Shown one piece after another: positions 38,768 through 48,015 of a DNA stretch of 64,000 nt. The stretch lies in the NCBI GenBank assembly GCA_964344235.1, contig CAYFMJ010000001.1, positions 96,001 through 160,000 of the forward strand, given 5' to 3'. The notes under the pieces are model-generated. The model was not told where the DNA came from, ran no database searches, and saw only the letters and a list, made by a program, of their open reading frames with translations. The number at the start of each line of letters is the position of its first letter. The stretch's first letter is position 1. This DNA is from an uncultured Methanosarcinales archaeon (lineage in GTDB: Archaea; Nanobdellota; Nanobdellia; Woesearchaeales; GW2011-AR9). Both the position numbers and the translations under genes were made by a program.

Positions 38768-38880
38768 GTAAACCCCCCTTACTTTTGTTGTATTCTACCA
38801 AAAAATAGATTATTTAAAGATTTAGGTGGTATTTCAGAAGGGTTTTTATTGGAAAAAATAAGAATGAAAAAATAAGAAAT

Positions 38881-39438
38881 CTATTTGTTAAGAACTTTCT
38901 TGAGGTTTTCGATTAATTGATCAGTTGCTTCGTGCACCGCTTCCTCAGTCTTTGTTCCAGTACAGACGATTTTTCCATTACTGAATAAGAGGAATGTTGC
39001 GTTTGTTCCCCGTAACTTGTGTACTAAACCAGGGAATTGTTCTGGTTCGTATTCCGTGTTTGGTAGCTTTAAACCAAGCACGTTTAAGTTAAGATCCATA
39101 CCAATACTACCGGACGCTACAATGTTTTGCACAGTGATTTCTGGTTTAATAGTTACAGTGATGTCTAATTTTTTAAGACTTCGAATGATACTCTGGATAC
39201 TTCTATCGACATCAGCTAGGGTTCTTGCTCCTGTACAGACAACTTTTCCGCTGGAGAAGATTAATGCAGACGTTTTTGGGTCTTTAATTCGTAGTACAAG
39301 CCCAGGAAATTGTTCTGGGTTGTATTCTGTGTTGGGCAGCGTTGCCGCCATTTTTTCTAATGGAATATCTTTTTCTAGTCCTGTGGATACTACGATGTTT
39401 ACAATACGAATATTTTTCTTTGCAGCTTTCTTTGCCAT
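38881..39438 (-). CDS. tbp: TATA-box-binding protein
   Basis: Two direct repeats 'NIVVS...EYNPEQFPGLV...LIFSSGKVVCTG' and 'QNIVAS...EYEPEQFPGLV...LLFSNGKIVCTG'. Confidence 0.97.
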   Translation of the reverse strand: MAKKAAKKNIRIVNIVVSTGLEKDIPLEKMAATLPNTEYNPEQFPGLVLRIKDPKTSALIFSSGKVVCTGARTLADVDRSIQSIIRSLKKLDITVTIKPEITVQNIVASGSIGMDLNLNVLGLKLPNTEYEPEQFPGLVHKLRGTNATFLLFSNGKIVCTGTKTEEAVHEATDQLIENLKKVLNK

Positions 39439-39564
39439 AATACATTCCCCCTATACCCTCTAATTTTGTTTATAAATGAACGCTGCTTTTTAAATGTTGC
39501 CTTTATAAATCGATGATTTGGGTTTGTGAGAATCTTTTTAAAGTAGGTGTAGAAGAAGTATAGG

Positions 39565-40338
39565 ATGGAGTATACACATTTATTGCTACGATATGGAGAG
39601 ATTTTTCTAAAAGGAAAGAATCGGAAAATCTTTGAGAAGCGGTTAGCGAAGAATATTAATTCTATTACTGCCCATAGGCCAAAGGCAATGCGTTCTAGGA
39701 TGTTTATGGAATATTTTGAAGAACATGAGGCGCTGAAGAGAGTATTTGGATTATTATCCTATTCCCCTGCGGTATTGGTGGAAAAAGCTGTCGAAGTTAT
39801 TAAGAAAGAGGTGTTGAGATTTTTGAAGAATACTGGTGGAAAAACGTTTAAGATTGAGACAAAACGATCTGATAAGTCTTTTCCGATACAATCTCCCGAT
39901 TTTAATAGGCAAGTAGGGAAGTATGTTGAGAAGAATAGTCCTTTGACGTTTGATTTTTCTAAGTCCGATGTGGTTTTACAGATTGAAATTAATCAAGAAG
40001 GCGCGTTTTTGTTTTCTGAGGTTGTTGATTGTGTAGGTGGCTTGCCAACGGGCGTTGAAGGGAGTGCTGGATTGTTGGTTTCAGATGAGAATTCTATATT
40101 GGCAGGGTTATTGATGATGAAACGAGGGGTTTCAGTGTTTCCCTTTGGTACAGGAGATATTTCGCTGTTGCAGCAGTATAGTCCTGATGCGTTAACGTTG
40201 CGGGAAGAGAATGTCTGTGATGTTATGGTAGTTGGGGATTTATTTGGTTCTGGGAACTCGTATGAAGGAGTTGTATTGAAACCGTTAGTTGGGTATTCTA
40301 AGAAAGGAGTGAGGGAAGAGTTGAAGAAGTATAGTTAG
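39565..40338 (+). CDS. ThiI-like THUMP-domain protein with degenerate PP-loop
   Basis: 'LLRYGEIFLKGKNR..FE..L..NI', THUMP 'FKIETKRSDK.F', 'GGLP.G', 'MMKRG', 'LKPLVG'; SGGxDS replaced by 'SDENS'. Confidence 0.8.
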   Translation: MEYTHLLLRYGEIFLKGKNRKIFEKRLAKNINSITAHRPKAMRSRMFMEYFEEHEALKRVFGLLSYSPAVLVEKAVEVIKKEVLRFLKNTGGKTFKIETKRSDKSFPIQSPDFNRQVGKYVEKNSPLTFDFSKSDVVLQIEINQEGAFLFSEVVDCVGGLPTGVEGSAGLLVSDENSILAGLLMMKRGVSVFPFGTGDISLLQQYSPDALTLREENVCDVMVVGDLFGSGNSYEGVVLKPLVGYSKKGVREELKKYS

Positions 40339-41303
40339 TTGCCTACGTATTTTGAGTAGATAGAAAGTGCTTCTTCTTTTGAATCTGCTTTTATGAGTGC
40401 ACGACCGTCTTTGAAGAGAGTGATATTTTTGAAGTGAAGTGCAATTGAGCCGTGTTGCACGTTGTCGATTTTTTCTAAGCGTTGTTTTACTTTTTCTAGG
40501 TTGATTGGTTTTCCTAACACTTGAAACCTGCCCGCACTACAGAAGCGTGTTACTCGCTGTTCAGGTTGTTCAAGATATTTGAAATCGTGTTCTTTCATTT
40601 TGTTAATTGTTAATTTTTTAATGGAAATGTTTTTTGTATCAACATAATGTAATGTTGGTTCAACTGTTTGTTCTGTGATTATTCTAATTGCAAATTCAGT
40701 TTGTAATGAAGCAATTATGGTAGTGATTGTGTTTAATACGCCAACGGTATCACAGGTATCTAAACCAGGCGTTTCTGTGATGAAATCTCTTATTGAAATT
40801 GTATTGGGAATGATGGGGAGAACGTAGCCAGATGTTTTGATAGCAGCGGCATAAATCCAAGGTTTGTTCTTTTTCCGAGAGTAATCGTCAATTAAGAACT
40901 TCGTTTGTAAGTTATCTGTACAATCGAGGATAAGGTTGTAGTTGTCTAGTACAGAAATATTTTGATTGTTAAGATGAAGGGTTTCTGACGTTATTTTTAT
41001 GGTTGAATTAATTGCTTGTAATGTTTGTTTTGCGACGTGTGCTTTACTTTTGTTGATGTCGGCTTCGGTGAATACTGTTTGTCGTTGGAGGTTAGATTCT
41101 TCTACCAAGTCTCTATCAATGAGGAGAAGTGTACCAACACCTGCGCGTGCCAATAAGTCTGCACAAACAGTACCAAGAGCGCCAACGCCTATAATGGCTA
41201 CTTTAGCGTTGTTTATCTTTTGTTGGTTTTCTTTTCCCAGTACTAATTCTTGTCGTGCGTATCTCATTGTGCTAATTGTTGTTGTAATGTACAAGCGTTG
41301 CAA
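40335..41303 (-). CDS. ThiF/MoeB/UbaA-family E1-like adenylyltransferase
   Basis: 'IIGVGALG', 'DRD.VE.SNLQRQ', 'DCTDN', conserved Cys 'TCDTVGVL', C-terminal 'LFKDGRALI' extension. Confidence 0.9.
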   Translation of the reverse strand: MQRLYITTTISTMRYARQELVLGKENQQKINNAKVAIIGVGALGTVCADLLARAGVGTLLLIDRDLVEESNLQRQTVFTEADINKSKAHVAKQTLQAINSTIKITSETLHLNNQNISVLDNYNLILDCTDNLQTKFLIDDYSRKKNKPWIYAAAIKTSGYVLPIIPNTISIRDFITETPGLDTCDTVGVLNTITTIIASLQTEFAIRIITEQTVEPTLHYVDTKNISIKKLTINKMKEHDFKYLEQPEQRVTRFCSAGRFQVLGKPINLEKVKQRLEKIDNVQHGSIALHFKNITLFKDGRALIKADSKEEALSIYSKYVGN

Positions 41304-42196
41304 GTTTCCCTGTTTGCAGGTTCGTTACATTGTTGACATTTCCCAATTGCTTGGCCTTTCTCGGTTTCTTTTAGATGTGGTGTTAATGCTAAGAACGAAT
41401 GAATGATACCTTGTTTCGTACCTTTGTATTTTTGCTCGAGGTTGTTAAGAAGTTCCTGCACATCGTGGCGGAAACCTTGTCGGGAATAAGGGCATTCGGT
41501 GTAGAGGATTTTCCAGCCTTTCAATAGAGTGTATAGGCGAACTTCCTTTTCAGAACACATGTATAGTGGTTTGACTCTTTGCACAAAATCGTTTTGTTCG
41601 TTGATGCCAGATTTTGGGCCAATTCTGCCGGCTAATTTGGTGTTGGCTTTGAACATGTTCATTAAGATAACTTGCGCTTCGTCATCGAGGTTATGGCCAG
41701 TAATGATTTTTGTTGCGCCTAATTTTCGAGAATATTTATTGAGAATATATCGCCTCCATACTCCGCAAATATTACATGGTTTCTTTTTTGTACCTTTGTT
41801 AATAATTGGGAATGCGTTGTCTAATGTAGAGCCGAATTCTTCTTTGTTTGAGATTATGTGTAACTCGGTGTTGTGGTCGTTGCAGAAAGCTTTGAGATCT
41901 TCAAGTGTTTTTTCTCTGTACTCTGCAATTCCTTCATCAACTGCTAGTGCGAATACCAGGGTTGTTTTTGGGTAGTTATATTTTGCAAGGTATTTCTTTG
42001 TGAGGTACAGAACGGTAAGAGAATCTTTGCCGCCAGAGGTTGCGATACAGATTTTTTTGTCATTTCTGTCAATAAGATGGAATTTGTTGAAGGTTTTGAA
42101 GACTTTCTCTTCGAAATAGGTGATGAAATGATTTTTACACAAAGGTCCATGCTGTTGTTCAATGACAGCTTTTAAGTTACATTTACTGCATTGCAT
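41264..42196 (-). CDS. tRNA 2-thiolation enzyme Ncs6/TtuA family
   Basis: N-terminal CxxC..CxxH, PP-loop SGGKDS, 'CNICG..RR', 'GHNLDD', 'CPY', C-terminal CxxC..CxxC. Confidence 0.9.
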   Translation of the reverse strand: MQCSKCNLKAVIEQQHGPLCKNHFITYFEEKVFKTFNKFHLIDRNDKKICIATSGGKDSLTVLYLTKKYLAKYNYPKTTLVFALAVDEGIAEYREKTLEDLKAFCNDHNTELHIISNKEEFGSTLDNAFPIINKGTKKKPCNICGVWRRYILNKYSRKLGATKIITGHNLDDEAQVILMNMFKANTKLAGRIGPKSGINEQNDFVQRVKPLYMCSEKEVRLYTLLKGWKILYTECPYSRQGFRHDVQELLNNLEQKYKGTKQGIIHSFLALTPHLKETEKGQAIGKCQQCNEPANRETCNACTLQQQLAQ

Positions 42197-42399
42197 TAAC
42201 CGCCGGAAATGACACTGAGAATTTCAATAGTATCTTGATCATGTAATTGATCATCAGATGTTAGAACTTCGTTGTTTTTTGTTATGAGAACAGTTTCTTC
42301 GTTTATGTTTAGTTGTTGTAGAAGTTCAGCTACTGTCGTTTTGTCAAAGCTGATGTGGTTTGTTGTTTGTTCTCGTTCGTCTACTATTGTTAGGTGCAT
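42196..42399 (-). CDS. Ubiquitin-like sulfur carrier (SAMP/ThiS/MoaD)
   Basis: 67 aa beta-grasp ending in 'VISGG'. Confidence 0.92.
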   Translation of the reverse strand: MHLTIVDEREQTTNHISFDKTTVAELLQQLNINEETVLITKNNEVLTSDDQLHDQDTIEILSVISGG

Positions 42400-42491
42400 T
42401 CTTTCCTCCCCTGAGTCCGCTAATCGGGCCGAGGTTTGTAAGGGTTAATTTAGGGGTGGTTTTTTAAATATCTTCTGTATAATATAGGTTT

Positions 42492-42974
42492 ATGGAGAAT
42501 ATTGTGTTGAAGGAAGGTCTTGGGGGAGATTTTGGTAGTTCTAAGCTCGTTTCTTTGATTGAAGGCAAAACGAAAAAAGAATTACTGTCTAATTTGAAAA
42601 TAAATAAAGGAAAAACAACAGTTTATAGGGCTTTGAGTGAGGAGATGTTACGGTTTGCTTTGGAAAGAACTGATGTTGATATTGTGTTGGGAATGGAGGG
42701 TATTCATTACAAAGATCACACACATTACCCTCGTGGCGGTTTGGATCAGATTACAAGTAAAATTGCTGCTGCGAAAGGTAAGACTATTGGGTTTTCGTTT
42801 GCGGATATTTTGCGTTCGAAAGATAGAGGAAGATTATTGGGTAGAATGATGTTGAATATTCGGTTGTGTAAGAAGTATAATGTCAAAATGGTGTTTAGTT
42901 CATTTGCCTCTTCAAAATCGGAGATGCGAAGTACAAAAGATTTGGAAGCATTTTGGCGCATTCTTTCTCGGTAG
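42492..42974 (+). CDS. RNase P subunit Rpp30 (short form)
   Basis: 'GLDQI..K.AA.K...IGFSF..IL...R..LL.RM..NIRLC.KY', 'SEMRS..DL'. Confidence 0.75.
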   Translation: MENIVLKEGLGGDFGSSKLVSLIEGKTKKELLSNLKINKGKTTVYRALSEEMLRFALERTDVDIVLGMEGIHYKDHTHYPRGGLDQITSKIAAAKGKTIGFSFADILRSKDRGRLLGRMMLNIRLCKKYNVKMVFSSFASSKSEMRSTKDLEAFWRILSR

Positions 42975-42981
42975 CGTTAAT

Positions 42982-42993
42982 AACATTTATAAA
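42982..42993 (+). promoter_or_regulatory. Archaeal BRE-TATA promoter of the surface-protein array
   Basis: AACATTTATAAA about 28 nt upstream of ATG 43021; the same AACATTTATAAA motif precedes the 2,061-aa gene (about 51679) and aIF2-beta (about 27212). Confidence 0.6.
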
Positions 42994-43020
42994 CAATGGT
43001 TGTTTGTTTTTGAGTATACT

Positions 43021-46000
43021 TATGGTGGAGAAAAAAAGAGGTTTAGTTTTAGTAGTCTTTGTTGCTTTTCTAGTAGTGATGAGCGTGGGTGTTTTAGGTG
43101 TTCCTGACAAGAATACAGATGCTTTTCCAACCATTGGACACCGGGCCGATTTAGGTTATGAATATGATCAGGGTTGTGGTTCTTATGATGTTGACGATTG
43201 CCCGCAAGGTGACACTTACAAGCTAGATGAAGATCACAGTACCTGTTCTGCATCAGGAAGCGATTTGTCTCCTTTATTCGATGCCTGTAAAATTTTTTTT
43301 GTCGATAAAGATGAGGGAAATGATGATGGGGGGTTTGGGCTAGCAGATGAGGGTTATATTCTAGACTCAGTTGGCTACGAAAAACTTGGCCTTCACAGCT
43401 ATGAGAAAGTCTGTGGGCAAGAAGGAGACCATGATAATGATGGGGTTGAGGGGCTAAAAGGAGCGAAGTTTAAAGCAGCTGATAATACTGCATATATTTG
43501 TGGAAATAACCTGGGAGAACCAAATAAATGGTATAAATGTACTTCAGAGACGCTTGACACTGTAACATGGGCAAACGGTGACTTATATAATTGTACTTTC
43601 AGTGCTAGTACTGGCTTTCCAACTTGGAAAAACGAAGGAGGGGATACGGACTTTGATACTTTTGCTCAAGAGGTAGATTGTAAAGATAACCCCCCGAGTG
43701 GATCCTGTTTAAACCTGGCACCAGAAGATTGTGCAAGCTCTCCTGAAAATTATGAATGCCCACAGTGTATTAACCCTGATGCGCCTGAGGTATGTGGAGA
43801 TGGCAAAAACAATGATTGCAATGAAGCGACTTCTGATAACTGTCATGATAATCAGGCAGCATGTGAGGCACTTGACACGGCAGTTGGTTGGAATATTCAT
43901 GATGAGAAATATGCTTGGCAACAAACGGGAAGCGAGGGAGCCGGTTTCTGTTGTGGATTCAGTGGAAGTGGTGATGGTAATGTAGGGGAGGTGTCGGAGA
44001 GTATTGGTGGCACTAACAAGCTATGTGTGAATAAAGAATATACCACAACAAACGGAGAGATTTCATCAAGTGAGACCGAAGGAGTTGAGTGTAGTGGATC
44101 TGGGTGGTGTTTAGTGAGCGCAGTTGTTGGGTCTAAGTTTCAGATATACACTATTGCAGAACCGGAAAAAGAACCTTATGATGTTGTTTCCAATGGAGAT
44201 AATTGGTATGAATGTAGTAGCAGCTACCATGAACCTCTGCTACCGGAAGATACAGGTGTAAGGACAAAGGCTAATGCGTTTTACTGCTTCGATGAGGGAA
44301 ATCATTGGAGTTGGGCTGAATGTCCTTTAGGGGAAGAGGGTGAAGTTGAAAGCGAGAATAGCGGTACGACTAAAATTAGGCACAAAGGAGATGGATTATA
44401 TCAGCTGTTTCCAACAAATGATAAAAACCAGTTTGGAGTTTTGGTAGATGCAAAGGATCCAATTTACACAAGTTTGTATAGTGAGGATTTCTTGTTAGAT
44501 TTTAGCGGATATAACCAATTGAATTTTATGATTCAGTTTCTGAGTGAAGTAACCCTGCCAGCTGATGTTAAGGTGCAAATTTATGGTTCTGATGATGAGC
44601 TGAAATGGCAAGGGAATGTTCTTGGCTTTAGTACTAATAATCCTGTGCTAGTTGCAGATACGTTCTTTCATGTGCAAGTTCCCATTGCTCCGTTTAAAGA
44701 TGTTGAGAAAGTTCTGATAGAGAGTATTGGCGACTTCAATCATATTGAGGTGAAGAATATTTATATGAGTGTCCAGGGAGAGCAACCCTACTTGTGTTCG
44801 GCAAAGCAATCAAACCAACCACAACAACCAGCATGGTTGACGAATGCAGATGACATTATTGAAAATACATTGATTACTGGAGAAAATATTTGTAATGAGT
44901 TGTATGGTGGCTGGTTAGGAGATGAAGTAGATGATGTCGAAAGAAGGTGTTGTGGTGATGATGTGGGGGAATATTATGCTGGCCCAGGAAAGAACGGTTG
45001 TTGGAATTCTGAAGTTGTTGTAGGTGGGGGAACAATGATGAATGCTCAAGTTGAGGTTACGTCACAATATTCAACAGTTGGAGAGGTTGAGGGTGTAGCA
45101 GTGAGAACTGTTACATTTGAGTGGGACTATGCAACGCCTTCAGAGGATCCGGTGACTCTTACGGATGCTGAGTGTAAGCAATATACAAAAGAGCACAATT
45201 GTCCTATTGGCTGTAAGTGGGTAGCTGATTACGGGGTTGGATGTATTGCATTAAATGCAGATGCGATTATTGCTGCACCAACTTCAGGCGTTAATACGCA
45301 AGAAGCTTCAATTGAGATTGAGTATGATGGCTCTACTGTTTCGCCGAAGTCTATCACACTGAAAGAATTGGGGTTTGAGGTTGAGGGTGTTGAATCAGGA
45401 GAGTTATCTATAAACACGGGAATCGAACTCTTCATTGCTGGCTCTTTTCAAGATCACGGTGATGAATTCGAGTTTTTCTCTGAGAGCGATTATATTTTAG
45501 GAAATAATCAGTTTGAAGTTGGCGATTTTAAAGATATTAGCTTTTCCTTTGTTCATGATGATAACTACTATGAAAATAATAAAGAAACGGTGAAGAAGCT
45601 TGTTGTTGGTACTCAACCAGAGGAAATGATGAAAACGTATTCGTGCTCTCAAGCGGCGTGTACGTTCCCAATTCCGGGGTTTCCACCGTATACTATCAGT
45701 AACCCGTTCCCTGATTTATATGAGATATATTTTGTTGATGGACCAGGAATTGATGATAGACATCCAATTGATAAGAATGGAAAGACGTTTGATCAGGTAG
45801 GGAATGTTGAAGTCACAAAGGTTGCACAGCAAGTTGTGCTTGTTAATAGTGATACAGAGCATCAATTTTATGGTTGTGCGCCTTCGCAAACGTTAATTAA
45901 CAGTATTCCTACAGAAGATCAAGATAGTTTCACTGCATTAAGCCATTGCGCGGTGAAAGCAGATAGGTTTTGTTCATTTAGTTACACGGAGGATGGCGTG

Positions 46001-47872
46001 ACAACAATTAATTCGTGGAGTGACGATGCTTTAGAACATGTTGGGTATGAAGCGTTAGAAGATGATCCGAAGGAGTTGGAGGGTTTGCATAATTTACAAT
46101 TGAAAACACTGCCTACTAACGAACAAGAGATAATTCCACCTACGGATAGAAATTGGTCGACAACTGCTTTCCCAGGACAGAATATTTTACCAAATGCGTT
46201 GTTTGAAATTGATAGTCAAGGAAGTGTGAAAAGAATTGCCCATTGGGTTGTTATTGATAGTGAAGGGTTAGAAGTTTCGAATGTTAATGCGAAACATATC
46301 CCTTTTGATGATCCAGAGAGGGTAGAGTTGGGAGGTGGAGAGATTCTAAGATCTTCTAGGATAGCACTGCCGCAAGGTGTTGATGAAACAATGGCGTTAT
46401 CGCATGAGGGAGAAGGGGTGAAAGAGAGTGTTATTTTAGTTGATGGTGAAGGGGATATTGATATTGTAAATGATGGAGAGTTCTCTACAGACGGTGCAGG
46501 GTATGTGGTAATTGAATTTACAGGACCTGGAAGTGTGGCACAACCGATCTTACAATTTGTCGATGAAGATTTTGAACCTGTTGCATTCCATTATGATGGG
46601 GAAAAACAAAAAGTGCAAGAAAATTTTCAGGAACGTGCAGGAGTAGCATGTTGCCCACAGGATTGGTGCTGGAATGGGTATACATGTGCAGAGCCGATGA
46701 GTGAAAATACCTTCGCAGCAGAGTTACTGCCAGATAATAGAACGTATAGGTGTGTAGGGGGAGAGTGGACAGAGCTGCCTGTAAAGAGAGATTGGAACGT
46801 GGCAGGATTTGGGTTTTGCGAACAAAAGGATCAGTGTTTCGTGACAAGTTCGTTAATGGGTGGCGATAATACTGCTGAGGCGATTGACTTTTACAATGGG
46901 AATTATCCAACCTGTGTTGACGATGGAGAGTTTATTTTCGACCATTACTGTGATGCCGGTAATTGGACTTCACGAACGAAGTTTATTGCATCGGAGTTAT
47001 TAGATGCGATTGGTGAGACAGATGAATATGCACTGTATTGTGATTCGTTTGAGAAAGTTCTTCCACAATTAGATGGGCATGATTTATTGTTTAGTGGGGA
47101 GTTGGTAGCGGATGCAGAAGTGGTTGGTTCAATTAGTGACCAGTTAGGGGGAGTGGAACCAGAACAGACGTTTATACAGGTGTGCTTTGAGAATGTGAAT
47201 AATAATGAACGAGGTAGAGAGTTAGTACCAACAGACCAGAATAAATGTGTGAATAATGTCTGTGTGTTGCAGTATAAACAGGGTGGAAAGAATAAAGTAG
47301 CGTTTGCAGCGTCTTTGAATCCGGCAGAGAACTCTTTCTTGACAGCGTTTGATATTCCAGCAGGAGAGGTAGCAACGTTATGTGGTGGTGAAGGGTTTAA
47401 TGATTGTAATGTTGACCTAGCAGGGGACTTTTGGTATTCAGAAGAGTTAGATGCGTTTGTGTATGGGAAAGATGGAATAGATTTAGATACAGGGTTCTTT
47501 GGAGGAATTCTGGATTTCTTTAGTGGTTTATTTGGTAATGGTATTGCGGAAGAGAATACGGATTTTATTGCACAAGCGGAGAATTATCGAGATGTATATG
47601 TGTTGCAGCATGAGAATAAATTGGTTCGAGCGATTAAAGAGCAGCAAGGTCAGAAAGAGATTCTAGTAGCGGAGTTTGAAGGGTTTCAATCGCCAGTGTG
47701 TGAGTACGTGGAGAATGTTGGGTTGCCTGAGAAGCCAGCGTTTGAAGGGGCAACGAGCGTGGATTTGGTGTGTAGTAGTGAGGAAGGCGTGCAGAAGTTT
47801 GAATTAGTTGATGATACGGATGTGTTCTGGGATCGGTTTGCGGGAAGGTTGAGGCCGCAAGAGAGTAGTTAG
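43021..47872 (+). CDS. Very large secreted Cys/Asp-rich surface protein (about 1,617 aa)
   Basis: Start MVEKKRGLVLVVFV... (ATG 43021, after CATTTATAAA); MopE-like metal-binding motif 'DTDFDTF....DC.D...INPDAPEVCGDGKNNDC'; many Cys clusters; no C-terminal TM. Confidence 0.8.
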
Positions 47873-47968
47873 AATATGTCCCGCTTGCACGGCACGATTA
47901 CGGTGACTTCTTGAATCTTTTTTATCTACGCCACCGTGTGCCTCCATTGGCAAAGCGGACATATCCTA
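47870..47968 (-). ncRNA. Candidate structured ncRNA, copy A of a three-copy family
   Basis: UAGGAUAUGUC/GACAUAUUCUA closing stem, GGCAC/GUGCC, ACGGUGGC/GUCACCGU, AAUC bulge; TTATAAAA on the minus strand at 47992-47985. Confidence 0.7.
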
Positions 47969-48015
47969 TCACGAAAGTAATTAATTTTATAAGATAGAAG
48001 TGATTAGGTGTTTCT

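Noticed and set aside
42400-42460. Leader of the SAMP operon resembling the 3' half of a TPP riboswitch (ACCC...AAACCU...AGGGGA)
   Set aside because: The 5' half (GGGG...CUGAGA) is absent and the TATA box lies immediately upstream; only a weak hairpin can form.
47870-47968. RNA motif copies as MITEs/REP elements (ATATGTC...GACATAT terminal inverted repeats in A and B)
   Set aside because: Copy C has a completely different terminal stem but the same core, there is no target-site duplication, and no transposase lies in the window. Not fully excluded without a genome-wide copy count.
47870-47968. RNA motif as an H/ACA guide, tRNA, twister-sister ribozyme or c-di-GMP-II riboswitch (3' ACA-NNN, D-arm-like GCC-AAUGGA-GGC, GUGCAAG)
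   Set aside because: No K-turn and the ACA is base-paired; no cloverleaf can be drawn; GUGCAAG is absent from copy C; other required conserved elements are missing or in the wrong order.
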